Assembly (NCBI GenBank): GCA_028227395.1
Contig: JAOIZZ010000003.1
Coordinates: forward strand, 63,077-127,076
Length of the DNA: 64,000 nucleotides
Direction of reading: 5' to 3'
From: Woeseiaceae bacterium
GTDB lineage: Bacteria > Pseudomonadota > Gammaproteobacteria > Steroidobacterales > Woeseiaceae
The notes under the pieces are model-generated. The model saw only the letters and a program-made list of their open reading frames with translations. It was not told where the DNA came from and searched no databases. Shown piece by piece: positions 57,242 through 64,000 of the stretch. Position 1 is the first letter of the stretch, and each line of letters begins with the position of its first letter. A program made the position numbers and the translations under genes.

Positions 57242-57766
57242 TCAATAAGCATTGGCTGATTCTAATTCTTGTGTGAATCCAAAGTTTGCATAATTTTCTA
57301 TTTTATCTATATATAAAAGGCCATCCAAATGATCTAACTCATGTTGGAAAACTCTTGCATGAAAATCTGAAACTTCTCTTGTTATCTTTTTTCCCAAAAA
57401 ATCATAACCTGAATATTGAATTTTTTTGAAACGCGGCACTAAACCTCGCATACCAGGAATACTCAAACAACCTTCCCAGCCTGTCTCGGATTCTGTTTCT
57501 AGTGATTTAAACGAAGGATTAATTAACACTGTCATTGGTATAGCAGGACTTTGTGGGTACCTTGGGCTTTCTTCAAAACCAAATATTATTACACGTTTTA
57601 GTATACCAATTTGAATTGCTGCTAAACCGACACCGTCGTTTGCTATCATAGTATCTTTCATATCTTCAATTAATTGAGATAATTCTGGAGTATTGAACTC
57701 TTTAATGGGCTCGGCAATTTCACGTAAAATCGGATTGCCCATTTTTAATATTTCTTGCTCGGCCAT
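57242..57766 (-). CDS. def: peptide deformylase
   Basis: 174 aa with all three motifs: GVGLAAIQIG, EGCLSIPG and HELDHLDG. Confidence 0.9.
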   Translation of the reverse strand: MAEQEILKMGNPILREIAEPIKEFNTPELSQLIEDMKDTMIANDGVGLAAIQIGILKRVIIFGFEESPRYPQSPAIPMTVLINPSFKSLETESETGWEGCLSIPGMRGLVPRFKKIQYSGYDFLGKKITREVSDFHARVFQHELDHLDGLLYIDKIENYANFGFTQELESANAY

Positions 57767-57897
57767 AAATTCTTACCATTTTATTGTACAAAAATACTGT
57801 TGAGACTGGTTTGTAATAATAAATATTTCAAATTACGTTCAATAAGCATACAAGAATGTTAAATTAAATTATGAATTAATTTTTTGGTAGATTACAT

Positions 57898-59205
57898 ATG
57901 CACAATATTTTTTATTGGTCTTTTGCCGTCGCCGTTGGTGGCTTTCTTTTTGGATTTGATACTGCAGTTATATCTGGAGCTGACCAATCTTTGCAAAAAT
58001 TATGGAGTTCAAATGACCTCCTTCATGGAGCGATGGTTATGTCATCAGCTTTATGGGGAACTGTTTTAGGTGCCCTCATTGGAGGTGTAGTATGTGAAGA
58101 GTTTGGACGAAAAAAAATTCTAATTTTGGTAGCAATACTGTATCTATTTTCTGCATTAGGTTCAGCCTTGGCGAATGATCCATATTTTTTTGCATTGATG
58201 AGATTATTGGGTGGATTTGGAGTTGGTTTATCTAGCATAGTAGTGCCTGCGTATATTGCTGAAATAGCTCCAGCTAAACAGAGGGGCAGATTGGTTGCTC
58301 TTTATCAATTCCAGATTGTATTTGGGATTTTAGTAGCATTTTTGTCTAATTATATTCTGTCTGAATATTTTGCTTTAAATTGGAGATGGATGTTAGGGAT
58401 AGAGATATTACCTGCGATAATTTTCTTAACTATGGTAATAAGAGTGCCCGAAAGTCCAAGATGGTTATTTCTTAGAAGAGATGATGAGGTTGAGTGCCGT
58501 CGAATATTAAATATTATTGATCCTAAGTCAGCTGCAGCAACTATGGCTAGTATTAAAGATGTAAAGAAAGATTCTAATCAGGATCGTTTATTTTCCAGCC
58601 TCTATAAAATACCCATAGCTTTAGCTTTTTTTATTGCATTATTCAATCAACTCTCTGGTATAAATTTTATTATTTATTTTGCTCCACGCATATTTTCTCT
58701 GGCGGGGTTAAGTGACTCGATTGCTCTATTATCTTCAGCAGGAGTAGGCATGGTTAATCTAGTTTTTACATTATTTGGAATGTTGTTGATTGATCGTTAT
58801 GGGAGAAAGCTATTAATGATTATAGGCTCTTTAGGGTATATTTTTTCATTAACAACAATTTCATTGGCTTTTTATACAAATGTTGATGGATTGATTGTTG
58901 TATTCCTAGTATTTCTATTTATAGGCTCTCATGCAATTGGTCAAGGTGCTGTAATTTGGGTATTCTTTGCAGAAATATTTCCAAATAATGTTCGTACTAA
59001 AGGACAATCTTTAGGTAGTGGGGTGCACTGGATTTTGGCTGCTTTAATTGCTTTGTTGATGCCCTATTTCTTGGGTCAATATGAAGCCCATATCATATTT
59101 GGTTTTTTTGCATTTATGATGATAATGCAATTAATTTTTGTTATTTTTTTTATGCCAGAAACCAGAAATAAAACTCTTGAATCTTTAGCAAAAAGTTATA
59201 AATAG
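57898..59205 (+). CDS. MFS sugar-porter family transporter
   Basis: 435 aa. GRKK loop, PESPRWL and C-terminal PETRNKTLESL signatures of the sugar porter subfamily. Confidence 0.8.
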   Translation: MHNIFYWSFAVAVGGFLFGFDTAVISGADQSLQKLWSSNDLLHGAMVMSSALWGTVLGALIGGVVCEEFGRKKILILVAILYLFSALGSALANDPYFFALMRLLGGFGVGLSSIVVPAYIAEIAPAKQRGRLVALYQFQIVFGILVAFLSNYILSEYFALNWRWMLGIEILPAIIFLTMVIRVPESPRWLFLRRDDEVECRRILNIIDPKSAAATMASIKDVKKDSNQDRLFSSLYKIPIALAFFIALFNQLSGINFIIYFAPRIFSLAGLSDSIALLSSAGVGMVNLVFTLFGMLLIDRYGRKLLMIIGSLGYIFSLTTISLAFYTNVDGLIVVFLVFLFIGSHAIGQGAVIWVFFAEIFPNNVRTKGQSLGSGVHWILAALIALLMPYFLGQYEAHIIFGFFAFMMIMQLIFVIFFMPETRNKTLESLAKSYK

Positions 59206-59360
59206 AGCTCCACTTATTTTTTAGACTAGATGTAGTAGGATTATAGTTTGCAGATCTTAACAAAACTTACATAGACACTCATGTAAGGATAATTGTAGAC
59301 TGAAATATTGAAATTCGCATAATAACAATAAGTAAAAGCAAATAATGGAGTTTATTAAAG

Positions 59361-60944
59361 ATGAGTTTTATTAAGAATATTAAATTATTAGTCGTAATTT
59401 TGGCGGTTAGTTTTTTGGTGGGTTGTTCCCAGCAAATAAATACTTCAAATCAAAATTTTGGAAATATTAGTTTTATAAATTCGGGCTCTCCTGAAGCGCA
59501 ATTAGCATTTTTGACGGGTGTTAAGGCGCTGCATAGCTTTCAATTTGATGGAGCTCGTATTGCTTTCGAAGAAGCACAAACCATAGACCCATCTTTCGCA
59601 ATGGCTTATTGGGGCCAGGCGATGAGTGATAATCATCCACTCTGGGCCCAACAAGATAAAATGGCTGCCGAAAAAGCTTTAATTCGTCTTGCACCAACAT
59701 TTGAAGAGCGTTTAGCAAAATCAGGTAGTGAGAAAGAAAAAGCCTATATGACCGCTATCGAGGCCTTATATTTCTCCTCTGATAATAAGCTTGAAAGAGA
59801 TTTCGCTTATTCATCAGCACTGTCTCGTATGCATGAAAGATGGCCTGATGATCATGAAATTTCTATATTTTATGCACTCTCATTACTGGGGACTATTCGT
59901 CCTGGTGATGATGGTTTTCGTAGGCAAGCGCTAGCTGCCTCTATCGCCATGGATGTCTTCAAGAAGAACGAAAATCATCCTGGCGCAGCACATTTTACAA
60001 TTCATTCACTAGATGATCCTGAGCATGCAATTCTTGCACTCCCCGCAGCAACTGTGTACGCAAATATTGCTCCATCATCAGCTCATGCATTGCATATGCC
60101 TTCACATATCTTCTTACAGTTAGGCATGTGGGATCGTGTTGTGAATTCTAATATTGAAGCTTTTGCAGCTGCAGTGAGTAATAATAAAAAGCTTGGCTTA
60201 AGAGAGGGTGGGGAGGATTTTCATACGCTATCTTGGTTGGCTTATGCCAACCTCATGCTTGGTCATTTTGATCGAGCTCAAGAAAACTTGGCTATTGCAC
60301 TCGCTACTGTTGAGAGAAATCCAGATGATAATCGTGTTCTTTCGCGTTATTTAAATATGCGTGCGAGGTATATAATTGAAACTGGTGATTGTGAGGAATC
60401 GGAGCTTAAAAGTGCTGATTCTAATGAAGGCCAACATACAGCATGGGTTACAGCATTAGGTATGTGTGCAGCTAAAAATCTTGATATGGAAACAGCTACT
60501 GAGGCACTAACTCGTTTGTCAATGAAGCGAGAGAAAACCCGAGAGTCTGGTGAGAGTTATAAAGCATTTGAGATTGAAATTCATGAAAAAGAATTAGGCG
60601 CTATAATTAAAATGATGCAAGGCGAATTTGATCAAGCCGTTGTTTTGGCTAGAGAGGCTTCTTTAATTGAACTAGAAAATATGTCAGCGCCATCAGGTCC
60701 GCCTATACCAATGAAGCCTGCTGCAGAGATGTATGGGGAAATATTAGCTGCTGCTGGCCGATATGATGAGGCGGTTAATGCATTTAAGGCTGCTTTAAAT
60801 TGGGTTCCAAATAGAACACCTTCTATTCTTGGTCTATCTATTGCGGCAGAAAAAAATGGTGATATGGAATTGGCAAGAGAAATGGAGGCAAAACTGCAAT
60901 CTACACCAGGGATAAACTCAGAGAAATTTACTGCCTCACTTTAA
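59361..60944 (+). CDS. TPR-like helical-repeat lipoprotein, unknown function
   Basis: 527 aa. Lipobox LVGCSQ, His-rich segments (HPGAAHFTIHSLDDPEHA, SAHALHMPSHIF) and C-terminal TPR-like repeats. Confidence 0.55.
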   Translation: MSFIKNIKLLVVILAVSFLVGCSQQINTSNQNFGNISFINSGSPEAQLAFLTGVKALHSFQFDGARIAFEEAQTIDPSFAMAYWGQAMSDNHPLWAQQDKMAAEKALIRLAPTFEERLAKSGSEKEKAYMTAIEALYFSSDNKLERDFAYSSALSRMHERWPDDHEISIFYALSLLGTIRPGDDGFRRQALAASIAMDVFKKNENHPGAAHFTIHSLDDPEHAILALPAATVYANIAPSSAHALHMPSHIFLQLGMWDRVVNSNIEAFAAAVSNNKKLGLREGGEDFHTLSWLAYANLMLGHFDRAQENLAIALATVERNPDDNRVLSRYLNMRARYIIETGDCEESELKSADSNEGQHTAWVTALGMCAAKNLDMETATEALTRLSMKREKTRESGESYKAFEIEIHEKELGAIIKMMQGEFDQAVVLAREASLIELENMSAPSGPPIPMKPAAEMYGEILAAAGRYDEAVNAFKAALNWVPNRTPSILGLSIAAEKNGDMELAREMEAKLQSTPGINSEKFTASL

Positions 60945-61047
60945 AGAAAAATGACTGTTAGAAATAAAAAAATATTTATAGGAAATTAATATAAAAGATT
61001 CACAAAAAAATAAAAAAATAAAAAAAGGGGTTACCCGCCGAGCATTT

Positions 61048-62910
61048 TTGGGTACTTCAGCCAGTGCTGCGGCTGTTATTGGAAGTGGTACAAATGTCAA
61101 TGCACAGGTCAGTGTTAAAGAAGAAATAAGAGGTAAGATTCCTGAACCTTCCCCATCACAATTGGATCGTGATGTCGGAGCTATGAAGCCTCCCATAGTA
61201 ATAAAGAGAGCGGCTCAGAGGCCTGGCTCTGATTTGATGGTGCAGGTACTAAAGGATTTGAAGATAGAGTTTATTGCAGCCAACCCTGCATCAAGTTTTG
61301 AAGGCTTGCAAGAATCAATTATCAATTATGGTCCAGTACCAAATACCATGCCTGAACTTATTACTGCGCTTCATGAAGAATCAGCTGTTGATATGGCACA
61401 TGGTTATGCTAAAGCTGAAGGTGCTCCAATGGCGGTGATGTTGCATGGAACAGTTGGTTTACAGCATGCTTCCATGGCTATTTATCAGGCGTATCATGAT
61501 AAGACTCCAATTATAATTATCGTAGGTAGGGATGATAAATTTTTTCGTCAAGAGCAAACTGCTAATGATATTGCAGGTCTTACTAGGGCATTTACCAAAT
61601 GGGACGTACAGCCAACATCTCTAAGTGGAACACTGGATGCAATTCAGCGTGCTCATAAGGAAGCCATTACTCCTCCAATGGGTCCAGTAGTGATTGTAAT
61701 TGATACAGAATTTCAAAAAGAAGAGGCAGGCGAACTAAAATTACCAATTTATACTCCACCTATTTTTAATACTATAAATAAAAAACAAGCAAAAAAAATA
61801 GCTCAAGACCTCCTACTAGCAAAAAATCCTAGAATTCAAATAGGAAAACTTAGAACGCCAGAAGGTATTTTAAATTCGATTAAGTTAGTTGAATTATCTG
61901 GATGCTCAGTAAGAACTGCAGCCACCAATGTATCAATGAGTTTCCCCGAAAGACATCCTCAGACTGGCAAGGGAAACGATACAAATTATGACTATATATT
62001 GGGTCTGGAATCGGATGGAGTTGATGTTTCAATTCAAGGGCCTACTTTATTATCAAACGCTGAAAATAGGGACCTTACAGAAATTGGTTTTGGGTTTATT
62101 AGGGATCCAGTTATTCCTCCAAGGCTTGATCTTACTGGAAAAAATGATATTACAGCAGACGCTGAAGCCAGTATTCCCATTATTATCGAGCAATTCAAAA
62201 GACTACAGACACAAGAAGCGCTTGATAATATCTCGGTGAGGGTCTCAAGACATGAATCTGCAAATTCAGAAAATTATGAAAAAGAATTAAAGAAAACACT
62301 CGAGAAAAAAAGAAAAGGATGGAATTCCAGCCCAGTCAGCCTTGCAAGATTGTATTCAGAATTATGGCCGCTCATAAGAGATCTCGATTGGTGTTTATCC
62401 TCTCCAACTGTGTTTTCTAGTCGTCATCATGTTGGTCTCTGGGATCACAATAAACCTTATAGTTATTTGGGCATGCATGGGGCTGGAGGTATAGGATATT
62501 GCATTGGTGCATCTGCAGGTGCAGGGCTTGCTGCAAAAGATCGAAATCGAATAGTAGTGAATATTCAATGTGATGGAGATTTGAATTATACGCCTGGTTC
62601 TTTATGGACTGCGGCACATCATAAATTGCCATTATTAACAATCATGCATAATAATCGAGGTTATCATCAGGAGGTCATGTATCTTCATTATATGGCTGGA
62701 GTAAGGGGAAGGGGGAGCGATCGTATGCATATTGGTACCACCCTGAGAGAACCATTTATAGATTATGCAAAACTTGCTGAAGCCTATGGTGTTAAAAGTG
62801 AGGGGCCAATTGAGAATCCAGAAGAGCTTGCCGCTGCTTATAAAAGAGGTATAAAAACAGTTTTATCCGGTAAACCATATCTCATAGATGTTATCACTGA
62901 GCCAAGATGA
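61048..62910 (+). CDS. thiamine-diphosphate-dependent enzyme (ALS/PoxB-like three-domain fold) with a twin-arginine signal whose start lies upstream of the track start
   Basis: Pyr domain HEESAVDMAHGYA. ThDP motif CDGDLNY-X-MHNNRGY (GDG-X24-27-NN). The frame is open from 60982 and encodes ...KKGVTRRAFLGTSASAAAVIGSGTNVNA-Q. TTG 61048 is the only canonical start, so the true start is probably upstream (ATA 61018 or ATT 60985) or hidden by a homopolymer error. Confidence 0.8.
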   Translation: MGTSASAAAVIGSGTNVNAQVSVKEEIRGKIPEPSPSQLDRDVGAMKPPIVIKRAAQRPGSDLMVQVLKDLKIEFIAANPASSFEGLQESIINYGPVPNTMPELITALHEESAVDMAHGYAKAEGAPMAVMLHGTVGLQHASMAIYQAYHDKTPIIIIVGRDDKFFRQEQTANDIAGLTRAFTKWDVQPTSLSGTLDAIQRAHKEAITPPMGPVVIVIDTEFQKEEAGELKLPIYTPPIFNTINKKQAKKIAQDLLLAKNPRIQIGKLRTPEGILNSIKLVELSGCSVRTAATNVSMSFPERHPQTGKGNDTNYDYILGLESDGVDVSIQGPTLLSNAENRDLTEIGFGFIRDPVIPPRLDLTGKNDITADAEASIPIIIEQFKRLQTQEALDNISVRVSRHESANSENYEKELKKTLEKKRKGWNSSPVSLARLYSELWPLIRDLDWCLSSPTVFSSRHHVGLWDHNKPYSYLGMHGAGGIGYCIGASAGAGLAAKDRNRIVVNIQCDGDLNYTPGSLWTAAHHKLPLLTIMHNNRGYHQEVMYLHYMAGVRGRGSDRMHIGTTLREPFIDYAKLAEAYGVKSEGPIENPEELAAAYKRGIKTVLSGKPYLIDVITEPR

Positions 62911-63314
62911 AGAAATTCTCTCTATATGTTTTTATATTTATAGTATTTTTGTACGTACCCATAATTAATTCAGCTATAAATACTGAAAATGGTGCATCAC
63001 TTTACTTGGATCATGGTTGTTATAGTTGTCATGGCTATAATGGAAGCGGCAGGCATCCAATTGCTAATAATATCAGTGGTATTATGTCCAGTGAGGCATT
63101 ATTTATAACTTTCTTAAGATTAAGAGCTGATCTCAACCCCTTAAAACCATCAAATAGTATGCCAAATTACAGTGAAGCAGTAATTAATGATGAGCAAGCT
63201 CAAGATTTATATGCCTATATAAATACCCTAACAGATAATCCGCCGCAGATTGAAAATATACCTATCCTTAAAAATATACTTGATAACGCTATTAGGAAAA
63301 CCGAAAATGAATAA
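62907..63314 (+). CDS. mono-haem c-type cytochrome (class I-like), secreted
   Basis: 135 aa. Sec signal MKKFSLYVFIFIVFLYVPIINSA, haem motif CYSCH and a candidate Met ligand in SMPNY. ATGA overlaps the ThDP enzyme stop. Confidence 0.8.
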   Translation: MKKFSLYVFIFIVFLYVPIINSAINTENGASLYLDHGCYSCHGYNGSGRHPIANNISGIMSSEALFITFLRLRADLNPLKPSNSMPNYSEAVINDEQAQDLYAYINTLTDNPPQIENIPILKNILDNAIRKTENE

Positions 63315-64000
63315 AATCACTCAAAAATTTAAATTATTTGCCTTCATTCTATGTTTGATTTTTTCTCATCAAGAACTGATGGCTCATCACTCAGCGATTG
63401 CCTTCGACAAGACAAAATCGGTTACCGTTTCGGGTAAAATCATGCGCTCAGTCTGGCGCAATCCTCATATGGCCATCAATATAGAGGTTCCTGGTGATAC
63501 GGATAATTCGATTCTTTGGAAGATTGAGGGACCTGGAACCACAATTCTCGCTGGAAAAGGTTTTAATAAAAAATTGCTTATGGATGCCACTAAATCCAGC
63601 GAATTAATCACCGTAGTTATGCATCCACTTCGTTCTGGCAAACCAGGTGGTTTACTTCAAAGAATTACGCTTGCCAGTGGTGATTCTTATCAAGTTGGAG
63701 AAGAATATCAAGATCCAGCTGCAGGCGAACAAGAGAGAGTAATCCCTTCTCTGGTGGAATGGACACCTCCACCGAAAGGTGAAACCTGGCAGCAGAGAGA
63801 AGCGAAAACCCGTCCAAGTAAATTACCTATTATTGCCAGTGAGGCAAGACAAACTGGACCAGGCGCACTAGATCCTGAAAATCTAAATAAAAAAAGATCC
63901 CCAGCACCATTTGATTTGACAGGTATTTGGTCTTTTAGAGGCGAAGATAGGGGCGATCAAAATTACACTTCTATGTATGGCTCTTATGAATTCAAACCTC
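63307..64000 (+). CDS. secreted DUF6152-like protein with a C-terminal extension (partial, runs off the right edge)
   Basis: ATG at 63307 overlaps the cytochrome stop by 8 nt. The frame is open to the window end. MNKITQKFKLFAFILCLIFSHQELMAHHSAIAFDKTKSVTVSGKIMRSVWRNPHMAINIEV...VVMHPLRSGKPGG matches the AHHS..FD....G.V....W.NPH pattern I associate with DUF6152. Confidence 0.6.
   Translation, partial: MNKITQKFKLFAFILCLIFSHQELMAHHSAIAFDKTKSVTVSGKIMRSVWRNPHMAINIEVPGDTDNSILWKIEGPGTTILAGKGFNKKLLMDATKSSELITVVMHPLRSGKPGGLLQRITLASGDSYQVGEEYQDPAAGEQERVIPSLVEWTPPPKGETWQQREAKTRPSKLPIIASEARQTGPGALDPENLNKKRSPAPFDLTGIWSFRGEDRGDQNYTSMYGSYEFKP

Noticed and set aside
60951-60989. 12-codon ORF (MTVRNKKIFIGN) upstream of the ThDP enzyme as a leader peptide or alternative start
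   Set aside because: It is in a different frame from the Tat signal, terminates before it, and has no RBS. It cannot supply the start without two frameshifts.
1-64000. Mobile elements, prophage, defence systems, CRISPR arrays, tRNA/rRNA genes
   Set aside because: I saw no integrase, transposase or recombinase-like ORFs, no long terminal or inverted repeats, no spaced short-repeat arrays and no tRNA-like cloverleaf candidates in the short intergenic regions. The window reads as a metabolic chromosomal region.

Overview
This is a visibly AT-rich, gene-dense chromosomal segment with about 52 protein-coding genes. I found no rRNA, tRNA, CRISPR array, transposase or integrase. Gene content suggests a streamlined marine proteobacterium: a large TonB-dependent receptor, two BCCT transporters, SSS, MFS and NhaC transporters, and many 1-14 nt start/stop overlaps. 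The taxonomic guess is only an inference. The dominant theme is catabolism of methylated amines and osmolytes, with one-carbon transfer to tetrahydrofolate. There are two diverged, complete heterotetrameric sarcosine oxidase operons (soxBDAG at 4880-9951 on the minus strand and 41034-46171 on the plus strand). There is also a dimethylglycine dehydrogenase and a non-pyrrolysine MttB-family methyltransferase with its corrinoid protein. A methyl-THF:corrinoid methyltransferase, a MetF-like reductase, formate-THF ligase and a GlxA/AraC (GbdR-like) regulator complete the set. A BBOX-like 2OG dioxygenase overlaps an HD-domain protein, which looks like the TmpA/TmpB pair that converts 2-(trimethylammonio)ethylphosphonate to glycine betaine. 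Four regions are the best candidates for undescribed biology. (1) A tightly coupled operon encodes an ALDH, a degenerate M19 'dipeptidase', two orphan proteins (575 and 253 aa) and a BCCT transporter (18438-25021). (2) A translationally coupled periplasmic trio encodes a Tat-signal ThDP enzyme, a cytochrome c and a DUF6152-like protein (about 60982-64000); the Tat signal has no canonical start codon and lies behind three A7 tracts. (3) A DUF3604, PPIase-like and HupE/UreJ-like string sits next to an AbfD-like Fe-S enzyme (48811-56213). (4) A TauE, AA_synth, hydrolase, LLM-monooxygenase and ALDH cluster occupies 13684-18415. A TGTCG(T/C)T direct repeat at 21-bp phasing occurs in both main betaine-pathway promoters, and the dmgdh leader holds a perfect 10-bp palindrome. 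All functional calls come from reading motifs by eye; no database search was possible.
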